Source of the DNA: Acidobacteriota bacterium
GTDB taxonomy: Bacteria > Acidobacteriota > UBA6911 > RPQK01 > JAJDTT01
Direction of reading: 5' to 3'
Assembly (NCBI GenBank): GCA_965209055.1
Contig: OZ242374.1
Span: forward strand, 5,216,001 to 5,280,000
DNA length: 64,000 nt
A model generated the notes under the pieces. It was not told where the DNA came from, did no database searches, and worked only from the letters and a program-made list of their open reading frames with translations. The translations under genes and the position numbers were made by a program. Below are positions 39,404 to 50,065 of the stretch, piece after piece. How positions within the stretch are numbered: position 1 is the stretch's first letter; each line of letters begins with the position of its first letter.

Positions 39404-41155
39404 ATGAAGTACTACGCCGCGTTGACTCTGTTGGTTCTTGTCACAACCACCTGCAGGATCGCCACGGGTCCATCGTCGGCGCCTGACTTGATCTTAGCGC
39501 AAGGCGGCGAATCGGAGTTGAAGATCGTCGTTTCACCCGATGCCGAGGCGCCCGTACGGTTCGCCGCCGAGGAACTCCAGCGCTACCTGTCCCGGATCTC
39601 GTCCATAGAAATTCCCATCACGACCGGTCCGGCACGGGGCCCGTCCATTCGGGTTGGCCTGGATGACGAGGGGAGGGTCCACGACTCTCTCCGGGGCCGG
39701 CCTGAAGACTCCTTTCTGGTCCTTGTAGACGAAGGAACACTTCATTTGGGCGGGAACACTCCGCGAGGCACGCTCTACTCCGTCTACTATTTCCTGGAGA
39801 GGTATCTGGATTGCGGTTGGATCAAGCCCGGTGAAGACGTCGTCCCGAAACGGGATTCTATTGTATTGGCGGGGGATACCCGGGATATCCAGAGCCCTGA
39901 TTTCAGTCACCGGAGCGTCAACCTTTATCCCTTTATCGCCGACCGGAATCTTCGCAACGTCGATTGGGCCGCCAAGAACCGTCTCAACTGGATTCATGCC
40001 TGTGCCAACAGTTCCCCACTTTGGGAGGATCTCAACAGCCGCTCCGAGCTGGTGCCCGAAGTCGAGAAACGGGGACTGTTGATCAACTATGGCGGACACA
40101 CCTTCCACAAGTGGGTTCCGCCCGCCCGGTATTTCAACGACCACCCGGAGTACTTCAGCTTGCTGGATGGGAAGCGGGACAGCCGGCAGCTCTGCGTCTC
40201 GAACGAGGAGGTTGCGGAAGTCGCAGCCCAAAATATCAACTCATTCCTGGATCAGAACCCTGAAATAGACATGGTCGACGTGTGGCTCAGTGATGTCATC
40301 GAATGGTGTGAGTGCGGGCCGTGCGAGGAGATGGAAGGGGGCAAGAGGATCAGCGTTTTCGACCTTCGTGGATCTGTCGAGAGTCGTTCCGACTCGAACA
40401 TCATGTTTATCAACCGAATCGCAGAAGGAGTATCTGCCCGGCATCCCGAGGTGTTGGTCCAGACGCTGGCCTATTTCATGCTCATGGACGCGCCCCTAAG
40501 AGCCACACCGGCCCCCAATGTCATGGTGGGATTTGCGCCGATCATGAGGCAGCCATCGCAGAAAGTGATTAACCGAACCGGTTACTGGTACGCGATTTAC
40601 GATCCTCGTCACGAGGTCAACCGTTCCCGGCTGCGGGAGATCAGGAAATGGCTTGAGATCATCGATCCAAAGCGTTTCTTTACCTACGAATACTACTCCC
40701 ATTTCAGCACGGCCTTGGCCATGATCAAGCAAGAAACGACCGCTGAGAACCTGGAAGCAAAGCTCATCGATCCAAGCCAGAGGACGTTTCACGTTTACTC
40801 GGATACGGTCGCCAAGGACATCTGGTACTACACCCAGATCGGAATGGAAGGACTCGGCTCGGAGGAATGGGACTGGAACGAGATCAACATGTACCTCTAC
40901 CCCAGGCTGATGTGGGATCCGGGGCGGTCCTCGGTCTCTCTATTGGAGGAGTACTGCAACCGAGCGTACGGCCAAGCGGCTGAGCCGATGACCCTGCACT
41001 GGCTGATTCTGCAGGAATCACGGGAGAAATATCCTGCCGAAAAGAGTCGTTGCCTGGCTATGCTGGACCAGGCGGAGCAACTGACGCAGGACGGCGACGT
41101 GCTGCGGCGCATTGGCGAACTCCGCGAAATTTGGAGCCACATTCCGAGCGAGTGA
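39404..41155 (+). CDS. DUF4838 domain protein with GH20/GH67-like N-terminal domain
   Basis: FAAEELQRYL, RGTLYSVYYFLE, HPEYFSL, QLCVSN, WCECGPC, LMWDP. Confidence 0.82.
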   Translation: MKYYAALTLLVLVTTTCRIATGPSSAPDLILAQGGESELKIVVSPDAEAPVRFAAEELQRYLSRISSIEIPITTGPARGPSIRVGLDDEGRVHDSLRGRPEDSFLVLVDEGTLHLGGNTPRGTLYSVYYFLERYLDCGWIKPGEDVVPKRDSIVLAGDTRDIQSPDFSHRSVNLYPFIADRNLRNVDWAAKNRLNWIHACANSSPLWEDLNSRSELVPEVEKRGLLINYGGHTFHKWVPPARYFNDHPEYFSLLDGKRDSRQLCVSNEEVAEVAAQNINSFLDQNPEIDMVDVWLSDVIEWCECGPCEEMEGGKRISVFDLRGSVESRSDSNIMFINRIAEGVSARHPEVLVQTLAYFMLMDAPLRATPAPNVMVGFAPIMRQPSQKVINRTGYWYAIYDPRHEVNRSRLREIRKWLEIIDPKRFFTYEYYSHFSTALAMIKQETTAENLEAKLIDPSQRTFHVYSDTVAKDIWYYTQIGMEGLGSEEWDWNEINMYLYPRLMWDPGRSSVSLLEEYCNRAYGQAAEPMTLHWLILQESREKYPAEKSRCLAMLDQAEQLTQDGDVLRRIGELREIWSHIPSE

Positions 41156-41198
41156 TCACTGCTGCTGCCGAGTGTGCCCGCCGGCGAGGAGGGATTCC

Positions 41199-41840
41199 GG
41201 TGATTATTCACTTGACGCCATCCGGGGGCGTCCAGTCCCTTCCACTGGGTCCACAGCGAGGGCATGGAAGTGGTGCTAAACCTCCGTATCGAAATATGGG
41301 TGAACAACGTTGAGGAGTCCTGGACATGCCACTACCGGTTTTGGCGGCATGGACGCGAGATAATGGCAGAAGAGGTCGAGTCCCCGAGCAACGTCGGGGG
41401 GCGTAACCTATGCCTTCGCCCACTGGGAAGGAGGTTGCTTGAAAAAGTCTCAGTTTGTCGGATTTTTACTAACACTCTTCTTTGGACCTTTCGGGTTGCT
41501 CTATTCGAGTGTTCCGATGGCACTGATATTGATCGTAATCGGATTCCTGTTTGGATTGATGACCGCAGGATTGGGGGCCATCGTGATTTGGCTCATCTCA
41601 ATCTTAGTCGGGTTCTTCACTGTGTCTCGGTGGAACGAAAAAGTGTCTCGGCGGATGGATAATTGAGACTACGCGACGGCCGTCTCCGTCTCTGCCTTCC
41701 CGTGGACCAGTTCCTTGTAGGTTAGGGTGTCGGCATGGACGATCTTTCGCACGGCATCCCGGAAGATGTAGGGGTTTTCCCGGTTGTTGAACCTCCACTC
41801 CAGTTCTTCCAGGTAGCGGTCCAGGTGCTTCCGGCTGATG
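41199..41840 (-). mobile_element. Truncated IS1595-family element (terminal part with passenger ORF)
   Basis: Transposase C-terminus ISRKHLDRYLEELEWRFNNR...LTYKELV at 41669-41840; TIR-like ggtgattattcacttgac at 41199-41216. Confidence 0.65.
41439..41666 (+). CDS. Small membrane protein (TM2-like)
   Basis: KKSQFVGFLLTLFFGPFGLLY, 2-3 TM helices, SD GGAGG. Confidence 0.7.
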   Translation: MKKSQFVGFLLTLFFGPFGLLYSSVPMALILIVIGFLFGLMTAGLGAIVIWLISILVGFFTVSRWNEKVSRRMDN

Positions 41841-42812
41841 TTAGCTGCTGAACATCCGGTAAGCCTGTTCAATGATCCTCTGACTGCGAAGCGCCAATTC
41901 CGGACGGGGGTCCGGTTCTCGTCCCTCCTGCACGGCGCGGACGAACTCGCTCAGGGCCCCCCGCATGCCGACAAGGGCACGTTCGGCGATGGTTGACCGG
42001 CTCGAAAAGGAAACGTTTTCTCTCTCCTCGTCGGTGCCGCGCAACTTCCATCCTTTCCAAGGCTGGACCTCAAGAGTGCCCTTCTCACCGAAAATCCGTA
42101 GTTCTCCTTCCATTCCAGGACCACCCGGACGCCAGGACAGGGCGATATGAACAGGAGCGCCATTCTCGAGGCGCAGGAAAAAGGCTGCCGTATCTTCCAC
42201 ATTTCCCATTCCCTGCGAATACCCGAAACAAGCGGACTCCAAACTGAGGTTCTGGCCGGTCAGCCAGCTCACGTGATCGAGCAGATGCACACCGCTGGTC
42301 AGGCCCACGCCGCCTCCAGCCTCTGTCCGCGTGAACATCCATGACGGCAACGAACCGAACAACCCGACGTTTTCCAGCAACAGGTCATCGACGGCCAGCA
42401 CGTTTCCGATGAGTCCATCGGCGATCAATTCTCGGGCTTCCACGACCGGAGGCATGAAACGATGGGTCATCTCGACCATCAGGACCAGGGACGCCCGCTT
42501 CGCCAACTCACAAAGCTGTTCGCCGGCTTCAACCGTGAGCGCCAAAGGCTTTTCCACCAGGACATGTTTGCCTGCCTTCAGGGCAGCGGATGCAACCGGT
42601 TGGTGGGCCGAATGGGGCAAACAGACAGTGATGGCGTCGATGGTGGGGTCGCCGAGCAGAGCTCGATAGTCGTCAAATGATTTGACGGTGCACTCCGACC
42701 GTCTCTCAGGACTGGTCTCCGCGACACCTGCCAGTGAGGCGGATTCGATCTGTTCCAGAGCCCGGGCGTGTTGCTTGCCCGTATAGCCGTATCCGATGAT
42801 GCCGATCTTCAC
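41841..42812 (-). CDS. Gfo/Idh/MocA oxidoreductase
   Basis: KIGIIGYG, GKHVLVEKP, GGGV...HLLD. Confidence 0.92.
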   Translation of the reverse strand: MKIGIIGYGYTGKQHARALEQIESASLAGVAETSPERRSECTVKSFDDYRALLGDPTIDAITVCLPHSAHQPVASAALKAGKHVLVEKPLALTVEAGEQLCELAKRASLVLMVEMTHRFMPPVVEARELIADGLIGNVLAVDDLLLENVGLFGSLPSWMFTRTEAGGGVGLTSGVHLLDHVSWLTGQNLSLESACFGYSQGMGNVEDTAAFFLRLENGAPVHIALSWRPGGPGMEGELRIFGEKGTLEVQPWKGWKLRGTDEERENVSFSSRSTIAERALVGMRGALSEFVRAVQEGREPDPRPELALRSQRIIEQAYRMFSS

Positions 42813-43014
42813 GAGTCACGACCTCTTACAGTCCGTGGAAGAAGTCCCGCGAGCACCGAGACCGGGGCTGCGCCCGCCGGACAAGGCACTCTGAGGGAGC
42901 ATACCGGGAGTATGTGACCGCGGAGCGCCGCAGTCCTCCAGGCCGCTGGCAGAATACGTCAGCTAGGGAGCGGCTGGGGCAACTGCTTCCCAAACGCGCT
43001 AGACAGATCAGCTG

Positions 43015-43260
43015 TCAGTATACGAGCACTCGGGCCAAGAGCCCAATGCTGACCCATAGAGCCAGGGTCAGCCTAAGTGCTTCACCGAAACGCAAGCTGC
43101 GAAGCATTTGCAAGGCAACGAGGAAAAACAATACGATCCACACTAACTCGACACGAGGACCCCGGTCGAGGTGATTGGAGTAAACTTGCTCTGCCAACAG
43201 AATGAGGGCCGACGTGGCTGCGATCCAGAAGGACATCGCCGGCGTCCGGCGGCTGTTCCG
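43015..43260 (-). pseudogene. Possible membrane protein fragment at the island boundary
   Basis: Hydrophobic stretches (FWIAATSALILL, LVWIVLFFLVAL, LTLALWVSIGLL) with no credible start. Confidence 0.3.
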
Positions 43261-43282
43261 GTTCGAAGCGGAGTAAAATAGG

Positions 43283-44029
43283 ATGGGAAGAAGGTCAATA
43301 CCCAAGGGAGCGGTAATAATCGATGCTCGTCTGGCCCTATTGCGGATACGCATCAGAACATTGAGGCACTTTTACGTGGAAGGCGAGGAGATTTTTAGCC
43401 GGAGGTTCAATGAACTAACGAAGTGGATGGACGATTTTCCAGACGATCAAATGGAAGGCGCCGTGGATTTTTTCGTCGGAGAGCGGGACGATCTGGAGGA
43501 TCTTCGAGAATTGAAGAGACACTTCTCAGTCATCGGATTATTCAGAGTGATTGAAATGTTCCTGCGTCGAACGTTGCGCCACCTTCGAAATGCAGGCGCG
43601 CCGGTGGAGGGTCGCATTCGAAGGATGTCGCTGGACAAGATGAAAAAAGCATTCAGGAGCATCGATGTTCCCATAACAGAACCTAACGACGACTGGCACG
43701 CTCTGATGGGACTGAAATTGGTTAGGCATTGCATTGTTCACTACGACGGTCGTCCTCCTAAGGAGATGGCGTATCAGTTAAGGGATGCCTATGGGTTCCC
43801 CGTGATCGAAAAGCGGTGGAGACGGACGAAGGGAGGGCACGACGAACCGGTTGCGTGGAAGCTACAGATTTCCAACGACTATTTTGAGAAGAGCGCTGAT
43901 CTCGTGGAGCGTATCTGTGGGCGAGCCGTCAGGGGGTACCGCAAAAATTTTGGTCGGCGCAGGAAAAAGACATGGGTGACTCGAATTTCCGAATTTTATC
44001 AAAAAATTCGGGCAATCATTTTCCCATAA
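43283..44029 (+). CDS. Hypothetical protein with HEPN-like Rx4H motif
   Basis: LKLVRHCIVHYDG in a helical protein; lower GC than the backbone. Confidence 0.65.
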   Translation: MGRRSIPKGAVIIDARLALLRIRIRTLRHFYVEGEEIFSRRFNELTKWMDDFPDDQMEGAVDFFVGERDDLEDLRELKRHFSVIGLFRVIEMFLRRTLRHLRNAGAPVEGRIRRMSLDKMKKAFRSIDVPITEPNDDWHALMGLKLVRHCIVHYDGRPPKEMAYQLRDAYGFPVIEKRWRRTKGGHDEPVAWKLQISNDYFEKSADLVERICGRAVRGYRKNFGRRRKKTWVTRISEFYQKIRAIIFP

Positions 44030-44037
44030 AGGTAGAA

Positions 44038-44190
44038 ATGGCAACACAATTGGTGAACTGGAACATCTCGAAACGTCACGCGCCCTGGAGGCAACTGGTG
44101 ACAATGGAGCCGGATGTCGCCTTGCTCCAAGAAGCCAGCGCAATAGCACCAACCAACGTTGCCAGCACGGTCCGGACCGGTGGCAGGTAG
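44038..44190 (+). pseudogene. N-terminal fragment of an endonuclease/exonuclease/phosphatase (EEP) protein
   Basis: LVNWNI...PDVALLQEA, then stops after 50 aa. Confidence 0.6.
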
Positions 44191-44561
44191 CACTGACGCC
44201 CCTCCGAAGGCGAACCTCGCCCGCCCCGGCGTCACTTGGCGCAGCTCCAGCCCCTCCCGCTCGCACCAGGCGAGAAACCGCCCCGTCTGATGAGCGTAGA
44301 CGGTTCGCTTATGGGGGTGGAGATCCGGGCCCGGCGTCCCTGGTGGACGTCCCGCGGTGGCCCGTCCCGTTAACTGAAATAGATCTGAGGCCGACTTGGA
44401 TTAACTGCTACCACAGGCGGAAATCCCCCGTCAACAATAATCGTCCGGGGCGCAGGGATTCAGGGGAAATCAGGCCCTAGACGCTGGCGGGGAAGCCCAA
44501 GAGTTCGGGAATTTCGTAGTCAGGGATTTCTAGTAGACTCACGGAAACAGAACAGAAACCA

Positions 44562-45029
44562 ATGGATATTTCAAAACTAGCCGATTACATACTAGATTAT
44601 ATCCTGGATCAGAATAATCTGCTCTTCCTGCTTGTAGTCTTGGGATTTCTCGGCTATAAGCTGGACCTTCGAGCCTATTTCCAAAAGCGTAAACATATAC
44701 GCAACATCAGGAAAATCATCCATGATAGTATATGCAAAATTCGTGCCGACTATCCAACGGAAGATCCTAACACGGGAAAACCGGAACGTGAGGTGAGATA
44801 CGATCACTTCAAAGCTATGCGTTCCGATTTGAAAGCTGTGCTGGACAATCCTTCGGCTAACCTTCCGCAAGAGATACGGACAGCCATTCAGCACATATAC
44901 TCTGAAGTAGACCGTATTATCGGATTTGAAAGAAAATACGGTAGAGGCGCAACAAAGCATGTCTATGAGATATTCCTAGTCAAACCAATGCGGAAATGGA
45001 AATGGCTCAAGCTGAAAATGGAACTGTAA
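44562..45029 (+). CDS. Hypothetical membrane-anchored protein, AT-rich
   Basis: 155-aa ORF with one N-terminal TM helix; visibly low GC. Confidence 0.65.
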   Translation: MDISKLADYILDYILDQNNLLFLLVVLGFLGYKLDLRAYFQKRKHIRNIRKIIHDSICKIRADYPTEDPNTGKPEREVRYDHFKAMRSDLKAVLDNPSANLPQEIRTAIQHIYSEVDRIIGFERKYGRGATKHVYEIFLVKPMRKWKWLKLKMEL

Positions 45030-45152
45030 TTTAAGGGTATAAGTCAGCTAGGCATCTAATCAACATCACGGACGCACTTCGAGCCATGGCGTGAAAGACC
45101 AACGGCATAGCCCGTCTTTGTCGGCTTCCATCTTGTGGGGATCCGCTTCTAC

Positions 45153-45772
45153 CAGCCCGCGGCAAAAGTCCTGATTTCTCCGGCTAATGTTCTTTCCTCT
45201 AGCTGACGTGGAGATGGTTTATTGATGGGTCCGAGGAGCCCCAAACAGCGGAAAAAGACGCGCCAGGACACCGGCATGCAAACTCCGGGGCGTACCGATC
45301 CCCGTCAGTCGGCGCATCAGCAGTCCCAGGTTGAAACCACACACGTGGATCAGCAATCGCTTCCGGACATTGGCGTGGCCCCGGACGAAGATGCGGCGCA
45401 ACCCGCCCGTGGTGAACTGATGCGCGAACGGCCGCTCGACCAACTCGCTTCGCTGCCGCTGCAACCGTCGTCCCCGGCGGCCCCGAATCCGTCTCCGATT
45501 CGCGTACACGGGCCCCTGGGACTTCCGGTTCTTCCCCTACCAGTTGCGGCGGCCCCGATCCGTTTCCGACAGATACCCCCGCAATCCCAGTTCCTTCAAT
45601 TCCAGCACCGTCTCGTTGCTGTGGTACCCCTTGTCCGCCACCACTTCCCGGACCTGTGCGCCCGACCCGACGGCTTCCATTTCCTCCTGTGCCATCCGGA
45701 CGGTTTCCCCCAGGGTCTGAGGATCGCCGAACCCCTCCCGTGCGGTCACTGCCACCACCGCTCCCGAAGTAG
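45153..45772 (-). pseudogene. DDE transposase 3' remnant (IS1182/IS5-like) with its terminal end
   Basis: VVADKGYHSN, RSELVERPFAH, GGLRR...RG, FNLGLLMR; in-frame TAG at 45537-45539; end-like ttttgccgcgggctg. Confidence 0.75.
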
Positions 45773-46039
45773 CCGGGATTACTCCTGCTTCTTGGAAAAC
45801 CCGCCGTAGATCCAGCGAACTGCCCAACCGAGTGCCAGAAGGAACAGGCAAGGAGCAAGTCAGAAGCAAACCCACAAAAGAAAAATCAGACCAATAGACA
45901 GGCCCCTCCCATAGAGCAATAGCACCACCAAACATCATCACGAGTGGCCACAGCACACTTGTAGCAATCCAAAGCCTCGTCCAACCTGAGATTCTGGCGC
46001 GCAATCTTGCTGGTAGAGACCAATTCCCCCGGTATATTC

Positions 46040-46140
46040 CCATGATGTGAACCGGCTTGTTCCAAGCGGTCCCGTCGCCGAATTCCTTCGTCATCTGTGC
46101 GTACTGCACGTCCGTGCCGAAGGTCCACTCCACGGCATGG
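46040..46140 (-). pseudogene. Short IS1-like transposase fragment
   Basis: AVEWTFGTDVQYAQMTKEFG recalls the AVExxFGxxVDYAQLxKxYG segment of single-ORF IS1-family enzymes. Confidence 0.35.
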
Positions 46141-46445
46141 AACCGGACGGCCTTTCGGTTGAGCACCAAATGGTCTCCTATGGTCATGGACCTGGAGAAT
46201 GGATCCGGGGAGGTGTACGAGTCTCTGACGGCCGAGAAGCTATTCTGGGGAACGCATGGTAGCATCAATACTTGAGGGGAATCGCTGAGGGCGATGCAGG
46301 GCGATGCAGGCCAATAGAGAATGGCCGGTGATGCTTCGGACGGGGATTTACGGCTTCTCCCACCTGGATACGGATGTGTTCCCGAGCCACCACAGGGATG
46401 GTTTGATGGCGGGAGGCATCCCAAACGGAAACCGAAGCCAGGGAG

Positions 46446-46919
46446 GTGCCAATCATGTCAAGCTGGATGATCCAATGTTCGAGCGAGAAGTGCGGAGAAA
46501 AAAGTTGGCCGGAAAACATTGTTGATCTGGTGAACAACTACAAGGATGCTCAAGGCTGGATCGTTTGCGGTGCTTGCGGGTGTCCCGGATACATACAAAA
46601 GCAGTACGACGTTCAAGAGGGCGGACAATTCCAGCCCTATTTGAAGGCCATCCTACAACCGGACTACACCCAGGAGGGTTACACGGAAATCTATCGTCCC
46701 TTCGCCTTCTTGGCCAGCTACGGTCCAGACGAACCCCTTACGGATATCTGGTTTGTTTACTATAAGGACATGAGAGAGTACGACGGCCGCCTCAAAATGG
46801 GACATGGCCCGGGTGGTCCTCCCATTTTCTTCATTACCGACATTGTGGATATTCTCTCCAAGATGCTCACGCGTGGGGACGTATCCGAGGCTGAAGTCAA
46901 GAAACGTCTGGGCATATGA
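46446..46919 (+). CDS. Hypothetical protein with putative Zn ligands
   Basis: CSSEKC and CGAC motifs; SD GGAGG upstream (ATG 46455 likely). Confidence 0.7.
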   Translation: MPIMSSWMIQCSSEKCGEKSWPENIVDLVNNYKDAQGWIVCGACGCPGYIQKQYDVQEGGQFQPYLKAILQPDYTQEGYTEIYRPFAFLASYGPDEPLTDIWFVYYKDMREYDGRLKMGHGPGGPPIFFITDIVDILSKMLTRGDVSEAEVKKRLGI

Positions 46920-47194
46920 CAATAATGAAAATTCCGCATCGCAACCCCGAAGAGTTTCCGTTCCACTCCAGGTTTCTGGATCACCTGATGACAGACTGCG
47001 GCCCTATTTCCTGGACGGACATGGTGAGACTGTCGGCGCAAATAGCTCCTGTTGTCTGGGGAGTCAAACCGTACAGCAGAGCCCAGATGAGAGCTCACGC
47101 CCAACATCGACATAGAGAGTGGGGCTGGGAGTTCCGCGTGTTCGACAATAAGCGGGTTTGGATGGCCAGTCGCTATCACGGCCAGGGAATCTAG
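46916..47194 (+). CDS. Small hypothetical protein coupled to the upstream gene
   Basis: ATGA start/stop overlap at 46916-46919. Confidence 0.55.
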   Translation: MTIMKIPHRNPEEFPFHSRFLDHLMTDCGPISWTDMVRLSAQIAPVVWGVKPYSRAQMRAHAQHRHREWGWEFRVFDNKRVWMASRYHGQGI

Positions 47195-47197
47195 GTT

Positions 47198-48792
47198 GTT
47201 CCCATCCGGAAATCCGTAAGTTATTGGGAAATAAGAACTAAGAGGCATTTTCAAGCCCCGGTTTTGTCATGGTCGCTTGGTAGTCTATCGGTGCCAAAGA
47301 AAAGAAACCAAACGACTTACGCAAAACAGAGGACTTGAAACATGCGGCGAAAACGGGAAAATCAGCTTCCGCTTTCCGGGCTCTGGCCCGATTTCCGACT
47401 CGCCCAGGAACTGAGAGTCATTTCCAAGATATTGGACGACAACCCCTCGATCCTGGATCTGGTTTTACACGATCTGTGTGACAACGCCAACTCCGGTCAA
47501 GGGGCTCCGGGTCTCTCCGCGGAGCAGGTCCTGCGCGCGGCCATCCTCAAGCACCGGCAGCAACTGTCCTACACCCAACTGGCGTTCCTCTTGCACGACT
47601 CTCAGTGCCATCGCCGCTTCACCCGTCTTTCTTTTTGCTGGACCCCCAGTGCCTCCTGCCTCCAAGAGAACATCAGCCGTATCCAAGCCGGCACCTTGCA
47701 GCAGGTCATCCGGCTCCTGGTCCAATGGGCCGAGAGCCAGGGACTGGAACGGGGCCGCAAGATTCGAGTCGATGACACGGCCGTGGAAAGCCCCATCCGC
47801 CATCCCCTCGATTCCCAGTTGTTGAACGATTCGGTCCGAGTCCTTACCCGGCTGCTTCGCCGCTTGGCCCGTCATCACAAGATCGTCTTTCACGATCACC
47901 GGCGCCGGGCCAAGCGACGTTGTCTGAACATCGCCAACCACCGCGGCAAGCGTCGGAAGCAAGCCTATCGGGACCTGTTGAAGGTCACTTCCAAGACGAC
48001 TCATTGCGCCACGATGGCCCTGCAGCAAGTGGGCCAGTGGAAGCACCTTCCCAGTCAGGTTATGGTGGGAAAGTTACGCCATTACTTGGACTTGACGGCC
48101 AGGATCATCGCTCAGACCGAGCGCCGGGTCCTGCGGGGGGAGACGGTTCCGGCCGACGAGAAGGTCCTCTCCCTGTTCGAGGAGCGCATCGACATCATCA
48201 AAAAGAAACGCCGGGAAACGGTCTTTGGGCACAAGTTGTTTCTGACTGGTGGCGCCTCCGGCCTGATGCTGGATGCGCAGGTCATGCAGGGAACCCCAAC
48301 GACGCCGCTCAGTTCCAGCCCTGGCTCCAGCGCCAGCATGATCTGTACGGTCGCTGGCCTCGACAGGTCAGTTGCGATGGCTGCTTTGCCAGCCGCCCCA
48401 ATCTGGACTGGGCCAAGAAGCAAGGGATCCAGGATGTCGCCTTTGCCAAGAAACGCGGGCTGAAGGTCACTGAGATAAGGATGCATCTCGTGGCTCAAGC
48501 AAGTCTTCGGCCTCGGACGCTACACTCGGAAGGGCTGGGCCCACTTCCAGCAGTACGTTTACCTCTCGATCACCAGCTTCAACTTGCTGGTTCTGGCCCG
48601 TCTGCTGGTGTAATCGCGGTTGGGGATCGATCTCCGATGTCGTTCCAGGGACCCGTGTCTTCAAAATCTGGAATCCGCTCTCAACAGACTGGACGTTCCA
48701 ACTGCCGGCCCAAGTCGAGCCCGTTTATTCCAGTTTCTCCGCCTTCCTTACGCCTACCCGATCCCCCAAAACCTGTCTTTACGGATGAGAAC
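47198..48792 (+). mobile_element. ISNCY/IS5-like element, copy 1 (inactivated transposase 47342-48613)
   Basis: TIRs gttcccatccggaaa / tttacggatgagaac; RVDDTAVES, EKVLSLFE, FGHK, DGCFAS; frameshift near 48292 and an internal deletion near 48476. Confidence 0.88.
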
Positions 48793-50065
48793 TAGTTGAC
48801 TAACCCGATTAACGCACGATACTCACGTTCAAAGCCAGTTGTATGCCTCGGAGCAGGCCGAGCTTAGAGTGGCCTGCAAGTCAATTTGTCGTTGGTAATC
48901 CTACGCGCTTGCGAACACGCCGAAAGGAAGTTGGTAGGTCTCTTTAAGGTAGTTCTCCGTAACGCCCAAAAGCCTCAACTGGTCTTCGGTCACTAACGCC
49001 TTTGATACACCTGGCTGGACGATGAAGACACTGAGAGCAACCCGACAGAGACGACTCATCTCCCGGATGGAGTGCAACAGTTCCACATCTCCTATCTCAA
49101 AGCGAGTTGGCCGCCCAGCGTCCCTCCGCAACGCCTCCCGACGCATTAGGTGCGTGAACAAATCCGTTCGCTTTTCGGAAGAGATCATCCACGAGACACT
49201 CTTCTGTGCTTGGCCACAGACCTCGTATAAATCCTTGATTCGACGGCCTGCAAAAGATCCCTGAGAGAACTTGCAATGGAAGAACTCAACGTGAATGTTC
49301 TCCGGAGCTTCTTGGTCGCCAGCCAATCGAATTGTGACCACATCCGCGGCCTCGCCCTTTCCATCGTCGTCGAAAATGACCTCGTAGGACTGTTCCTTCA
49401 GATAGCGAATCAAACGAGCCTGGATCGAGTCTGCTTCCCTAGCGTCGCCCTGAGCCTCCTTTCGGAGGTTGACCCCCGCCCATTCCAGTACCTGGATTCT
49501 CGAGGCGTCGTACGGTTGTCGGTTCGTTCTTGGCTCCAGATACTGGTTCCCCTCAAGGGCCGAACCGTCTGCGAACCAGATGGCCGGCGGATTGTCGTAA
49601 AAGAACTCGTCTATTGATACTTTCGACTGACGACTGAGGAACAGCTCGGCTGTGGTGTCCCCTTGAGGGTGTCCCGTTTTCGTGGACGGTTTATTGGTGC
49701 GGTCTACGTTGTCCTTAGGTTTAATACTCCTTCTGTCGGTGGGGAGCAAGACTTCCCCCCGACGACGGTCAATGGCCATCGAGGATGTCAGGGTTTTGGC
49801 CATTGACAACGGACAGAGCGCTCTTTCTTTCGTGTGAGGGGCGACCTATGGACGGGTCAGCAAAAGGGCTCACGTTGTGGGAAATCTCTGATTTTCCACA
49901 ATGGGATACCGCTTAACGAGGGGGCCTCGGTCTCTCTTCCCAGGGATTTAAGAGTTTTTTATGTCTCTTTGCATCCGGGGGTCTCAGGGGGGCAGCGCCC
50001 CCCTGCCCCCTTCAATCGTGTCGCGCGCGACGCTGGGTGCGACGGTGGCCGTGCCGGCGTCGTTC

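Noticed and set aside
44430-44446. gtcaacaataatcgtc as partner TIR of the IS1595 end at 41199
   Set aside because: Only partial similarity, needs gaps, and no matching target duplication
45537-46424. 295-aa ORF as a single gene
   Set aside because: Mosaic of unrelated pieces (IS1-like fragment, hydrophobic segment, IS1182-like transposase)
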